Shown in pieces: positions 48,340 to 59,174 of a stretch of 64,000 nucleotides of DNA (position 1 is the first letter of the stretch; each line of letters starts with the position of its first letter). This stretch comes from Giardia intestinalis (taxonomy: Eukaryota). The translations under genes and the position numbers were made by a program. The stretch is taken from assembly GCA_000002435.2 (NCBI GenBank), contig CM018789.1; one strand, given 5' to 3'. The notes below the pieces were generated by a model. It saw only the letters and a program-made list of their open reading frames with translations, was not told the DNA's origin and made no database searches.

Positions 48340-51150
48340 CGCGGGTTGCAACGATAACCACAGCGGGGGCAAAGAGGGGTTCCCTCCACGTGTGGATCTG
48401 GGGTCTGTGCGTTCCGCGGCTGTTCCGCGGGCGTGCACAGCTGGACCTGAGGCGACGGAGAGCCCGTGAGGACCCGATCCACATTATGAACGCAAGATCG
48501 TACCTTCGGGCCCCAGAGAGCAAGCTGTGAGTCTCTACTCGGGGTGACACTCCGAAGACGTTTGCCCTCTCGGCAGGACACACACGCTGGCTCTGTGGCC
48601 TACCGTGTGAGAGCGCCAAGCAACTGACCGAGCACCTGAGAGAAGCAAATGATGACAGACACAGAGTGCTGGGCGACGACAAACTGATCCTTCCGTCCCA
48701 CATACCGAACCAGACAGCTGCCATGCTCATCCACCAAGGTGCACGCATGATCGCGAGCATCGAGCAGGCAGGGACTGGAGTCGCGCTCCCTGCTATCAGG
48801 GGCCTGAACGCCCTGGTGGGAAGCCCCAGAGGACTCAAGCAACACAGTAGAGCAGGCCCAGAGTAAGGCAGACCCAGACCCCGAGAAGGCGAGACGCCGG
48901 ATAGCAAACAGGGTGAACAACGCGCTGAGCTTCGGAGCAGTTGCTAAGGCTCTCCGCGCCCTTGATGAGACACCCGTGCGTCCCCCCGAAGGCTACGTTG
49001 GCCTTGACTACCCTCCATCGATGAGCTCGACGGGCTGGAGCGGCAACCGAGGAGGAAATGAGGAAGGCCCTGTTGGGACTCTCAACAAGAAGGCCTCAGG
49101 CGTGTCTGGCCTCGGGCCGGTCCAGCTCAGGTGACGAAGCAGAGCGACAGCTTCGTGAAATACCTCACGCAGGCGTACAACGAGCTGACCACCCACCCCG
49201 AAGGAGTCCGACGTGATGGCCATGTTCGAGTTCCGGGCGATCCTCATCCCGAAAGAGTCCGACGGATACCCCGATCGCGATAGGCGGATGGTCACGAACA
49301 TCTTCCACCGCGTCCTGCTGAAGGGCTGATCAGGCATGCCAACTACCTCTCATGCGAACAGATCGCCTTCAAGCAGAACGCATACGCGGTAGGCGTGAGG
49401 AGGGCCCACGAGCTCATCAGCAGGCCGGGGATGCACGCCGTCTCCCTCGACATAAAGAACGCCCTCAACTCGCTCCCGAGGGCGGAGGTCGTCAGAGCCC
49501 TGAACGAGGCGGAGGTCCCGAAGGTCCTAGTCGACTACATCGGGGACTTCCTCGACCTGAGGCACAGCCGGGACGTGAAGTGCGAGGTCTGCGGCGTCCC
49601 CCAGGGCGACCCGCTCAGCACGCTCCTCTTCTGCATGGCCATCGAGCGCCTCCTGAGACGCCTCAGGGAGAGGGGCATCACCTTCCTTGCCTAGCGGACG
49701 ACATCGTGGCGTTCCACGACGAAGGGTACCCAGCAGGTGTGATAACACAGCTGGCCACAGCAGAGGCTGCCGCCATGGGCCTGACGATCAGGAGCGACAA
49801 TGCAAGTCCACCATGGCGGGCGAGGAGGTGACCTTCCCCAACCACCCGGTGTCCCCCACCCCTGCCAGTCTCGCGCCGAAGGCCATCGCAGGTGCCGAGA
49901 CTGCCCCCATAACCACCCACCAGAAGCTCATCCTGCTGTCACTCTGCGTGGTCCCGATGGTGAGCTACGCCCCCCTGGTCGAGATAACATCGGACAAGGC
50001 GGACTACGAGGAGCTCGACAGACGTCGCACAAAGCTTCAGCAAGCTAACCAGCAGAAGCTGCGATCGCCTGGTCGACTTCCTGGCGTACCAAAGGAGAAG
50101 GGCGGCCTGGGCCTGCTCATGCCGGGGCTCTACCACGACGAGCTGCGGAGGGTGTGGGCCTCCCTGGACGTCAACAAGGGGACCAGAGACCCGGTGGAGC
50201 TGCCGGTGGAAGGCCAGGCACTGCAAGGGAAGGGGCCTACTCCAACCGCCTCCTCAGCCACACACCAGCTTCCAGACAGAGCGGCGGCGTGCTGACCGAG
50301 GAGGAAAGGGCCCTGAAGGAGAAGGGCGGCTCGATCATGGCGCAGAAAGAGGCACCTGCCCGGGCTGCCACACGGCGAGGACCCTCGACCACGAGGCACG
50401 ACATGATCGTCGCGTGCCTGTGCCTCCGCGTCTCGGGGAAGCTCAACCGGAGCTGGAAATCAAGACCCACAGCCACCTCAGCGACCAGAACCAGAAGCCC
50501 GACATCTGGCTCGTCGACAAGTGCAAAGCGATAGATGTGGGTGTCATCCAGCTCCGCCAGATGGATGCCTACTACAACGAGAAGGTCAAGAAGTACAGGG
50601 ACGGGACGCTCCCGATCATCTACGGGACAGACGGATCCCTCCACCCCAGTCCAAGGGGCACCTCGAGGAGCTCCACGTGGACCTCTGTCCGGGCCGCCTT
50701 CGCCATCGCCCACATGGCTGCAGAGGAGAACGAGCATCCGACGAAGCTGATCAGACGCGACCGGGCCGAAAGCCTGGTCACCCAGAGCGACCGTCTCCTG
50801 TCATCCTACTTCTGACAGCTGAATGAATCCACCCCTGGGACCTGTCGACAACGACCGAGAAGGGGCAAAGACTGGACACACAACCGAGTTGAATCCCAAC
50901 CAGAAGAGAAAGCCCCGCTAGCTGCTGCTGATATACATGGACAGCATTGAGAATGACAACAAAGACCAGAGCTTCACTCACCGTGAAGGGAGAACAAGGA
51001 GAGGCGCCCTAGTAGACCAGCGAGCCTGCAGGACGGCCTGATCTCCAAAAGGACCTATGTGCACTCTTAAACCGAGCACACGCCCGTAGAACAGCTGAGG
51101 AACGCAATAGCTCCTCCTACTACCACTGTGGTCCTTATATTGATACACGA
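48339..51150 (+). mobile_element. degenerate non-LTR retrotransposon (R2/Genie/GilD-like: RT plus C-terminal restriction-like endonuclease), frameshifted
   Basis: RT motif 1/2 region ~49230-49400 (AILIPKESDG...IFHRVLLKG). Motifs A and B are in ORF 49395..49694 (VSLDIKNALNSL; GVPQGDPLSTLLF). Motif C, LADDIVAF, is in a different frame at ~49690-49715. Zinc-finger-like CPGCHTARTLDH plus RLE domain KPDIWLVDKCKAIDVGV...NEKVKKYRDGTLPIIYGTDGSL at ~50360-50640. Multiple frameshifts. Confidence 0.7.
49230..50815 (+). pseudogene. frameshifted RT-RLE coding remnant of the retrotransposon
   Basis: RT motifs 1, 2, A, B, C and the PD-(D/E)xK endonuclease are spread over at least 3 reading frames (ORFs 49352..49831, 49395..49694, 50414..50815). 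Confidence 0.65.
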
Positions 51151-52824
51151 CCAACCCTCGTCTCCGGACTAGTCAGGGACTGAGCAAGAGCTTGCCCGTG
51201 GGATCTCTGGACCATACCTGCAGGCAGGCCCCAGCAGCACACCACTGGAAGCAACCGGTGGGTGGAGTAAATCATCATGACATGCGACGCTCAAGCTTCG
51301 AGTTCTGAGTCCTGGATTGGAGAAGTGAACGAGCGTGAGACCCGCCTACCCACAGGGGAGGAGGCCTTGTATGAGGGCACGAGTTCGAGCTTCAAGATCT
51401 GAACCTTGGACCCCGGACGGTGAGCGGGCGGCCCACCCAGCGCGGCGGCTCTCACGGAGATGCTCGGACAGCAGTTGACAAACCGTTCTCAGTGAAGCAG
51501 AGAGCAAAGTGTGTGTTTCCGTGGCAGTGTCTTCCTGCAAGCAGACGAAGTTAAAAATGCCGAGCGACGTGCTTGGGGCTTCGGAAATGAGTCGTCGCCC
51601 TCAGGACACCGAGGGGTCTGCTTCCGATGGGAGCCTCGATGACGCCGCAGAGTTTTGCCGCCAACAGGGGGGAGCGGGCTGAGTCTCTCGTCTTTTTTGT
51701 TGCTGAAATACGGCTTCGTCGAGACCGACATCATGTCAGCAGCAGAGTATGGAAACCTGAGAGCCGTGAAGGTTCTGCTGAAGAGGGAGGGTGGCATGAA
51801 AACGGATGATGGGAAGACCGCCCTAATGTATGCAGCACAGTATGGGCGCCGCGAGTGTGCGGAGGCTCTACTGGACAAGGAAGGCGGGATGAGGGCCAAC
51901 AGTGGGTGGACTGCCCTCATGCACGCAGCCGACAACGGTTGCTCGGACTGCGTGAGGCTTCTAGTAGACAAAGAAGACGGCATGAAGACTAACAATGGAT
52001 GGACAGCGCTCATGCATGCAGCGCAGAGTGGTCACCTGGAGTGTGCGAGGCTCCTGATGGACAAGGAGAAAGGCATGCAGACCACCCGCGAGTGGTTCGG
52101 CTTCCCGCCCGGCACCACCGCCCTCGACATCGCAAGGAGGCATGGCCACGACGCAATCGCCTCTCTCCTCGAGTAAACGGCGCCCTTCCTCGTGTGATGT
52201 GGCTCTTCTCAAGGGCCGGATGGACAAGCTGTGCACGCGTCTAGCCAGTGGCGGCGTCCTCGCAGGGGGCAAGAGGAGGAGGGTGGCAGGCTTGCTGAGC
52301 CCGAGGCGCGCGTATCAGCCGGGCACGGATGCTACCCAAGGATTCCAAAATCCACAGGATCTGACATGTACAATTGGCGAGAGATCTTTAGACCCTGTTG
52401 ATTACAATCAGTGTCTACTTCTATAAAAAGCCACGTGAAAGGCAGTTTACTCATGTGACTCCTGAAGCAGCGGTACAGACGGATGGCCCAGACCCCAGTA
52501 GCACAGACAACGGGGCCTCCGCAGGGAGAATCGTGGGCCCAGGCGTGCCTCTACGGAACCAGGACCGTCCCATGGAAGAATACGCGGCCTCGTGGGGATA
52601 TGGCCGGAGCAGGGCGCCGCGACAGCTGGGGCTGAAAGAGCCGGGACACCACGAGGCACGGGCACTGACAATCGCACGCAGACCGAGGGGGTACGCATCA
52701 CCGATCCCTTGTACCAGAAGAGGGACGGGGGACGCCCACAGTGCTGAAGGCGCACACCCACTCAGACCCGGCACCGCCCAGGACGCCAGGTGCCAGGCCC
52801 CGCGAGAGCCGCCCTGTTCCCGGC
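51150..52824. repeat. right arm of the ~1.67-kb inverted repeat (partner 46665..48339)
   Basis: See left arm. The outer boundary is sharp: the reverse-complement match ends at 52824. Confidence 0.85.
51733..52176 (+). CDS. small ankyrin-repeat protein, copy B inside the IR arm
   Basis: Identical 147-aa product to 47313..47756(-). Confidence 0.5.
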   Translation: MSAAEYGNLRAVKVLLKREGGMKTDDGKTALMYAAQYGRRECAEALLDKEGGMRANSGWTALMHAADNGCSDCVRLLVDKEDGMKTNNGWTALMHAAQSGHLECARLLMDKEKGMQTTREWFGFPPGTTALDIARRHGHDAIASLLE

Positions 52825-52902
52825 GCAGTCGCAGATAGAGACAGAAGACGACGAACCCCTCAGAGACGGGGATTGAAAAGATCGGGCCAAACGGCTATTT
52901 AC

Positions 52903-54060
52903 TTAGTTCACATCCGACACCGTAGTGCGGAGCTCGGCCCCGTTAATCTCCATGTTACCGAAGGCATCCCTAAGGATCTTGCCATTCTCCACAGTGCAGT
53001 AGAACGACACTTCGGAAGGATTGGGCTGCTTGGGTCTCCTCAAGCGAGACTCTGCAAGAGCTTTTAGAATGTCTGCGTGCTCATCTTTATCGAGGTTTTC
53101 CTTGATATCGTCGAATGCTAGAGCCTCAGGAATCCCTGCGATCGTAAGGAGACATGGGAGCCTTTCCTTCTGAGATTGCACCTTCTTGCCCTGCTTCTTC
53201 TTAGGCTTGGCGGCCTTCTGGTCATCAGCAAGCTGTACTCTAATTCCGGTGGCCTTCTTGGCTCCAGGCTTCTTCACACCACCCTTCGCCTCTTGGTGTC
53301 TCCTCTGCTTATTTTTTGTGCCCAGGGTACCATCGCCTGCAGACCCAACCCTCTCGCGAAGCTCCTGGATATGCTTACGGCGCTTCTCCGGGTTAATGAA
53401 CCTTATGGCGGGAACGCGTTCAAAAAGATTATCGGCAGAGAGAGCAGCAAAAAGCTTCTCTATCTCAGAAGACTGAACAACAACGGCGACCTTCGTCCCC
53501 CTCTGCGGCGGACGACCTTCAACATATCTAATCCCCATTGTCGCGCACCTGCCTTGCACAGAAGAGCCGCTGGCATCCTTGAGAGCACCCGCATTGATCC
53601 TTCCACGGATAGCATCCAGCACTTGATACTTCGCGGTGATCTTGAACTTGTGATCCTGAGCTGGCGTGATCTTCGAGAGGGTCTTAGTCAAAAAGGCGAC
53701 GACCTTCTCCGGGTCCATGAACTCTCCTGGTGCGGAGGTAACCGTGATGATGACATTTTTGCTTGTCTTGAGGTAGTCTGCATTGTACTCCTTGAACTTA
53801 GTAAAAATGGAAACATTGCGGTCGATGCAGTTCTTGCGTGCTTCATCCTGGTCGAGGGGAAGCAGATCAGCTTCTGGGTACTTCTGCCTAACCGCGGCAA
53901 GCAGCTTCCCATAGCCACAAGGTATTTCGACGCCCTTGTCAGTTTCACGGGCCTTGTTGGCTAGGTACGGCGAGCGAAAGCCGTCGACACCTTTGATGAT
54001 CTCCTTCAGGGTCCTTGTGAACTCCTCTGTAAGCTTCACACCCTTAATAATGATCGGCAT
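52903..54060 (-). CDS. hypothetical K-rich protein (385 aa), possibly nucleic-acid binding
   Basis: ATG 54060. Lys-rich central region (KPKKKQGKK). No firm domain call. Confidence 0.45.
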   Translation of the reverse strand: MPIIIKGVKLTEEFTRTLKEIIKGVDGFRSPYLANKARETDKGVEIPCGYGKLLAAVRQKYPEADLLPLDQDEARKNCIDRNVSIFTKFKEYNADYLKTSKNVIITVTSAPGEFMDPEKVVAFLTKTLSKITPAQDHKFKITAKYQVLDAIRGRINAGALKDASGSSVQGRCATMGIRYVEGRPPQRGTKVAVVVQSSEIEKLFAALSADNLFERVPAIRFINPEKRRKHIQELRERVGSAGDGTLGTKNKQRRHQEAKGGVKKPGAKKATGIRVQLADDQKAAKPKKKQGKKVQSQKERLPCLLTIAGIPEALAFDDIKENLDKDEHADILKALAESRLRRPKQPNPSEVSFYCTVENGKILRDAFGNMEINGAELRTTVSDVN

Positions 54061-54159
54061 CCTGCCCGGTCTTTTAATTGCTACATCAAAGTGACTTTAA
54101 ATTTGTTTATTTAGAAAGGGATTGGCATTTTTGTATCCACAACCGAACCTCAGGTAGCG

Positions 54160-55620
54160 TCATTCATCAAACGGAATGACTGGTTCAATGCGCCGCCGTG
54201 GAGGAGAAATGCTCTTCTCTAGACCACATAGTCTCCGCGTGTCCAGCTCTGTGCATAACAGGGGCAGCCTCCGTGTTATCTTGGTGTCTCCAGCGGGCTC
54301 CTGGCCTTGGCCTCGAGGCGGGAGAATAGCTGCTTGAGCCAATCTGATCAACGCTAAAATTATTGGAGGGTTATTTGCCAGGCAGCCACAAAACCGCAGT
54401 CTTTCGGTCTCTGTTAACGTATAGGAATGATCAGAAAGGACATGGTGCAGTCCAGCCTCTCTCATAGACAGAAGAGTCGCCCCTATTATGCATTTCAACT
54501 CGTCCTTAAGGTCGTCTATTGAGCGCATAAGAATGGTGAGCCTTTGTTTGAGGGTGCGTATTTCTTGCTGCTGCCGTATGGCCTCGCCCCTTCCAACGGA
54601 GCGACAGAGAGTTGGGGAGTGGTTGGTAGGAGACTCGGCGTTAGCAATAGTAGCCAGGATATCGTTGTGGCCGTAGAGAGTTCCTGCCTGCTGCGCTTTC
54701 CTCCCAGGGCCAGACCCATTAGCAAGTGCACCCGCGATTACAGGAAGCGAGGTGTGTTGTGTGGACATGAATGCCGTTTGTCCTGATGCAGAAAACTCTG
54801 GCCTTTCAGAGCCAAGTTGGCCGATCTGCGTGGAGTTTCTTGACCTTTGTCTCTGAGACCCTACTACGCTTCTGTCCGCATCCTTGGAGTATGGATATTT
54901 GGAGTCATCATCGGGACGAGGTGGAGAGGCTTTGTGGGGGGAGATCCCTTCGAAGTTCTGTGCACGCTGTGTTATAACTTGCTCCTGAACAAGCTTTTTA
55001 AGGTCAGAGCGCAGGACAGCGATCATGTTGCGCAAGTCCCCTATCTCCTTGTTTAAGCTATTGTTCTTTTGTACCTCAGCCTCCAGGGAAGCACTAAGCT
55101 CTGCCTTCTCCTCATTTAGCCGCTTGATGAAATCATTCCGGAGTTCGTCGCGCGTCTTTCTTGCTGATTCATCCTTTTTCTCTGCAAGGGTCTTGAAAGA
55201 TGGCTTTGCATGGAGGCGTGACTCAATAACGGCGATCCTGACCCGCTCTGACGCCACTTCCTCTAGGCTCTTTAGCTTTTCCTGAAGCGTGCTCCTTAAG
55301 TGCTGGATGTTTTCAGTTAGTGCAGTGTCTGCAGGTTCTCCGTCGGGCTCGTAAATTGATAGCCGTTCTCGTAGCCTCTCTACCTCCTTGTTATGAAGAA
55401 TCTCCCGACGAGCCAATGAAAGCTCTGCTGTTGTGAGTTCCGATTCCAGGTCCTTGATGCGTGCCTCAAGCGCCTGGATAGTGCTTTCCTGCTTGACGAT
55501 CAGGGCACGTGCCTTACCTGGCTCTATTCTAGTTTGAGTTACTAACCTGTTCTTTACTTCGCCATCTAACCCATCTATCAGGCCAGTATTAGCTGTTGAG
55601 TATGCTTTAGCGGTGTCCAT
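54160..55620 (-). CDS. coiled-coil protein (486 aa from first ATG)
   Basis: The track start at 55716 is TTG; first ATG is 55620, preceded on the minus strand by AT-rich sequence. Heptad-like sequence. Confidence 0.5.
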   Translation of the reverse strand: MDTAKAYSTANTGLIDGLDGEVKNRLVTQTRIEPGKARALIVKQESTIQALEARIKDLESELTTAELSLARREILHNKEVERLRERLSIYEPDGEPADTALTENIQHLRSTLQEKLKSLEEVASERVRIAVIESRLHAKPSFKTLAEKKDESARKTRDELRNDFIKRLNEEKAELSASLEAEVQKNNSLNKEIGDLRNMIAVLRSDLKKLVQEQVITQRAQNFEGISPHKASPPRPDDDSKYPYSKDADRSVVGSQRQRSRNSTQIGQLGSERPEFSASGQTAFMSTQHTSLPVIAGALANGSGPGRKAQQAGTLYGHNDILATIANAESPTNHSPTLCRSVGRGEAIRQQQEIRTLKQRLTILMRSIDDLKDELKCIIGATLLSMREAGLHHVLSDHSYTLTETERLRFCGCLANNPPIILALIRLAQAAILPPRGQGQEPAGDTKITRRLPLLCTELDTRRLCGLEKSISPPRRRIEPVIPFDE

Positions 55621-55664
55621 ACAGTGATAAAGTTTACTTACCTTTAAATTCCAGTTTTTATGGG
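55621..55664. promoter_or_regulatory. 44-bp AT-rich divergent promoter between 54160..55620(-) and 55665..56714(+)
   Basis: A/T-rich (aaagtttacttacctttaaattccagtttttatggg) between two divergent ATGs. Confidence 0.4.
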
Positions 55665-56714
55665 ATGGAGGGTCTGTCTCTCCTGCAGACGAGCTTTCGA
55701 ATTGTTGGTAGCGCAAGGGCTGCGGCTGCCTTCAATTCCACGGTGCAGTCGGGCGCAATTAAAGTGTTACGTTTAGAGGAATTCATCAAGCCGCTTCGCA
55801 TCATTGACCCTAACCTTCATTCTAAGGGTATGATCTCAACTCCATCAACTGTTGTAGTTGTGCTCATGCTGGAGCAAATCAAACAGGCTGCCAAAGAGTA
55901 CGTCTGTATGCAAATCACGGACTTGTGCGGGTCAGATGCCATCCTCGTCTATGAAAAAGATCCATCTGCAGCTACATCGATGAATATGGAAGTGTACAGT
56001 GTTATCTGTCTCCTCAGAACAAGTGTTGTGCACCTTAAGAATGCCTTATATCTTGAAAGTCCAGAGAGTCAAATCTTGCTGCTAGGACGTGCCATCAATG
56101 TTAGCACGTGCAGACATTTGAGCTTCACAGAGGGTCCGTGCTCTAATGCTATCGATGTGCGCGTATCTGTCTATTGCCCAGCGCACGCAGCGGGGGCCAT
56201 GTCAGCGCCCAATGCGGCCGGTTTGCGATTATATGAAGAGCTGCCTCTTATGGGTTCAGCTGCAGCACGTGCACACCATGCGTCGAAGCAGATGCATTTT
56301 TCCCCCAATCTTACCTTCAATGAGGTAGTAGATCATGTAGTCGAACGCCGAGCACAAGCTGAGCTTCTTAAAACTGGTGAACTAAAAGGTAAGAGACGCA
56401 CCTCAGGACTTGCAAAAGAGAAGCATCTCGGGCTTTCTGCAGTTAAGCCGTATGCTACATTGAAAATGAGTTTGCAGGAAGAAAGAAAGAGCGAAAGTGA
56501 AGCAACAAAGGCCACGCTCTGCAAAACATGCCAAATAGTTGCGGTAGTAGCTCCAGAGAGCTGCACTAAAAGCGGCCATAATTTGGAAACAATCTATGTT
56601 AAGGTACACCGATACAAGTGCAAGACCTGTTCCAGAGCCTATAAAACGATACGAAAATCCGGTCCTAGCTTTTCGTGTAGCACCTGTTTTACCAGCGCGT
56701 GGGCTACTTACTAG
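55665..56714 (+). CDS. hypothetical protein with C-terminal Cys cluster (possible zinc ribbon)
   Basis: ATG 55665. C-terminal CKTCQ...CTKSGH...CKTCSRAY...CSTC. Confidence 0.45.
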   Translation: MEGLSLLQTSFRIVGSARAAAAFNSTVQSGAIKVLRLEEFIKPLRIIDPNLHSKGMISTPSTVVVVLMLEQIKQAAKEYVCMQITDLCGSDAILVYEKDPSAATSMNMEVYSVICLLRTSVVHLKNALYLESPESQILLLGRAINVSTCRHLSFTEGPCSNAIDVRVSVYCPAHAAGAMSAPNAAGLRLYEELPLMGSAAARAHHASKQMHFSPNLTFNEVVDHVVERRAQAELLKTGELKGKRRTSGLAKEKHLGLSAVKPYATLKMSLQEERKSESEATKATLCKTCQIVAVVAPESCTKSGHNLETIYVKVHRYKCKTCSRAYKTIRKSGPSFSCSTCFTSAWATY

Positions 56715-56724
56715 GATCAACTAG

Positions 56725-58434
56725 CTAGCTGATTGAGTCGATATTTCTAAGAATCTTGTCAGAGATTTCATCATTGGACAATGCGACTGCACTGCTCTTC
56801 GGCATTTGAAGAAGGTGCAGTACGTAGAAGTGCAGATGGTCGTGTTTAAGGACATCTGTGTATCTGAGACCTGTGAGATCCAAGTACTTTGCCAACAGTT
56901 CGTGCATATTCATCAAACAATGCTTAATGCTGCTCATTTCTGTGTTTTTATTATTAGAAGAGAAGAGAGGCACAGCTATGTTGCTACGGATATCATTGTT
57001 TGCCACATCAGGATTGAGCCGGAGATACTCGTCTCCTACAGATGAGAGAGAATCCACGGTGCAAATGATCTGGTCCAACAGTATGCTGTACTCTTGGGTC
57101 TTAGCCACTCGCTCCTTGAATTTAAAGTACAAAGATAACATCTCATCAACCCCTATCCAATTCGCTAATATAGCGTCTAGATCAAAGCTGTACATGTTCT
57201 CTAGAAGTCCATAGAAGCGTGAATTAAAGTGATCCCTGTTCTTCAGGGATGTCTCAATTGTGTATGCAAAACTACACACTGTCCAGATCCTGTCCAGGAC
57301 TGTTTGTCCATCAGTAGATAAATTTGGCACGGCTGAGGAGATAGCCCTGAGCTTAGGACGCTTCAAATCGTCTAAGAAAGACAGCTCACATAGGAATGCT
57401 TTGTAGCTAGAGAAGAGCTGCCTATTTTCCGTGAGCTCCTGTATAATTAGCTTAAAACGTGCTTCTGAGCTCCCCGACCATTGACGGGAGCAAAATAAGG
57501 CTGAGACATCCGCGTTTATATCTATGCGTTCTATTCGATTCGAGCCCTTTACAAGCTCGACAGAAGCGATGGAGCTTATCGCATGCAGACAGTTTCTGAC
57601 TAAGAGCTGCTGGTCGTGCCAGTTGGGGGCCACAGAATCTTCACCAAACTTCTCTGATTGTCTGTGCCTTTCAACCTGCTCAATCCACGTTTCAATTGAC
57701 TCTGTATCGGCCATAAATCTAACAATCTGACAAGCAATCTCCTGCTTCCTACACATATCTTTCAAGCAGGAGTATCCAGTGACCAAGTGAATGATGGGGC
57801 TGAGGCTGGATTGAGCATTGGCCAGCTCCTTTACCCAGATACTCAGTTCCAAAAGAAAGGACATCATCTCCCTGTACCAGATGATAAATTTCTGTGCTGC
57901 ATCCTCTGGCAAGATTGATGCCAGATCCAAGTAAATGGGTGACTTGGCGAATAAGGAAGAGAGGCTCGGAGGAGAAATGGAGACCAACAAGGGCTTACAT
58001 CTATCAACTAACGTAGTTATATACCCGTGCATAGCCAAGACAAACGAGTTTAAGTGCCTGAGCATGCCAATGTAAGATTCTATTGCTAACGAGAACTTGC
58101 TCAGCTCCTTTGCATTCATATGAGCCAACGTTTTCAGAACTACATAATTGGGGATAACCATGTGGGCGGTTTTGGGAAGCATGTACCCATAAACGGGGTA
58201 AGGCAGCTCGGAATCCAGTCTCCTCCACAGGTCGGTTTGCAAGCTCAACAAGGCACCTTCCTTATGCTGACAATCCATGCGTCTTTTGCTGGAAGGAAGA
58301 ACGGCAGCGTCTATGCAAAGAGTCGTCGAATAGACCCACTGGCGACTGGGGATCTCGGGGTACATTTTTTTGACGATGATTCTGGGACAACGGGCCCGTA
58401 AGACGACTACAAATGCGCATCTAGAATAGTTCAT
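56725..58434 (-). CDS. hypothetical protein (569 aa)
   Basis: ATG 58434. That ATG overlaps the TGA stop of the upstream same-strand gene in an ATGA arrangement. Confidence 0.45.
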   Translation of the reverse strand: MNYSRCAFVVVLRARCPRIIVKKMYPEIPSRQWVYSTTLCIDAAVLPSSKRRMDCQHKEGALLSLQTDLWRRLDSELPYPVYGYMLPKTAHMVIPNYVVLKTLAHMNAKELSKFSLAIESYIGMLRHLNSFVLAMHGYITTLVDRCKPLLVSISPPSLSSLFAKSPIYLDLASILPEDAAQKFIIWYREMMSFLLELSIWVKELANAQSSLSPIIHLVTGYSCLKDMCRKQEIACQIVRFMADTESIETWIEQVERHRQSEKFGEDSVAPNWHDQQLLVRNCLHAISSIASVELVKGSNRIERIDINADVSALFCSRQWSGSSEARFKLIIQELTENRQLFSSYKAFLCELSFLDDLKRPKLRAISSAVPNLSTDGQTVLDRIWTVCSFAYTIETSLKNRDHFNSRFYGLLENMYSFDLDAILANWIGVDEMLSLYFKFKERVAKTQEYSILLDQIICTVDSLSSVGDEYLRLNPDVANNDIRSNIAVPLFSSNNKNTEMSSIKHCLMNMHELLAKYLDLTGLRYTDVLKHDHLHFYVLHLLQMPKSSAVALSNDEISDKILRNIDSIS

Positions 58435-58985
58435 TGCTGCAGCTGCAAGCGCCTAATGTATGCCATCAATTCGCTATTCTGGACAAGAAGACTCTCCAGC
58501 ATAGCATTCTGCTTCTCTACGAGCTGCTTAGTTGTGTATAGCTCTTCTTCCGTGTGTTTGAGGGCCTTCATGCACTTTATAAGGTGATACTCTGTGCTAG
58601 ATCCCCTTGGTCCAGCACGTATAGACCGGAGGATGTTCTGCACAGAGGGAGAGAGTTTGAATGCATCGATATGAGACTCGGGAGATTCTGGTTCGCGTGC
58701 TGGAAGGAGCTTTAGCATTTTCTTACGTAAGTCCACAACTTCCCGGACAAGCTGCTCCTCTAACTGGGTCAGAGTATTAGCCCTTCTTTTTTCATTGTAC
58801 ATATCGATCAGGGGATCATGGCGTGCGGTAGAAGGCCCGCAACGTGACTTGCTTCTAACCATTTGTGGACTCTCAAACACGTGATCCAAGAAGGCCGACT
58901 TGGGAGAAGTTGGTGGCGTATCTTCCAGCTGGTTGCCTAGGGCTCCAGAGAGGAACAGGCCGCTGAATTTTTGCGAAACAGACAT
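58431..58985 (-). CDS. hypothetical protein (184 aa)
   Basis: ATG 58985. C-terminus ...LQLQQ followed by TGA. Confidence 0.4.
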   Translation of the reverse strand: MSVSQKFSGLFLSGALGNQLEDTPPTSPKSAFLDHVFESPQMVRSKSRCGPSTARHDPLIDMYNEKRRANTLTQLEEQLVREVVDLRKKMLKLLPAREPESPESHIDAFKLSPSVQNILRSIRAGPRGSSTEYHLIKCMKALKHTEEELYTTKQLVEKQNAMLESLLVQNSELMAYIRRLQLQQ

Positions 58986-59174
58986 CGAAGAGATTTAGAG
59001 CAGAAAGTTTATTCTTGGACTGTAAGACAGTTAGCTCTCGGCCGGACGAACTTCTACCACACACCTTGACAGAGTATATGGGAACAAAGTACACTGCCCA
59101 GGATATATGCGTAGCGTAGAGGCTTTCAGAAGTGTGCTCTTATGAGACCTTAAAAGTGAAGGAGAACGAACACG

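Noticed and set aside
48317-49134. Multiple overlapping 70-200-aa ORFs on both strands in the retroelement 5' region and IR arms
   Set aside because: These are GC-rich stop-poor sequence. The only ORFs retained were those with RT/RLE motifs or ankyrin repeats.
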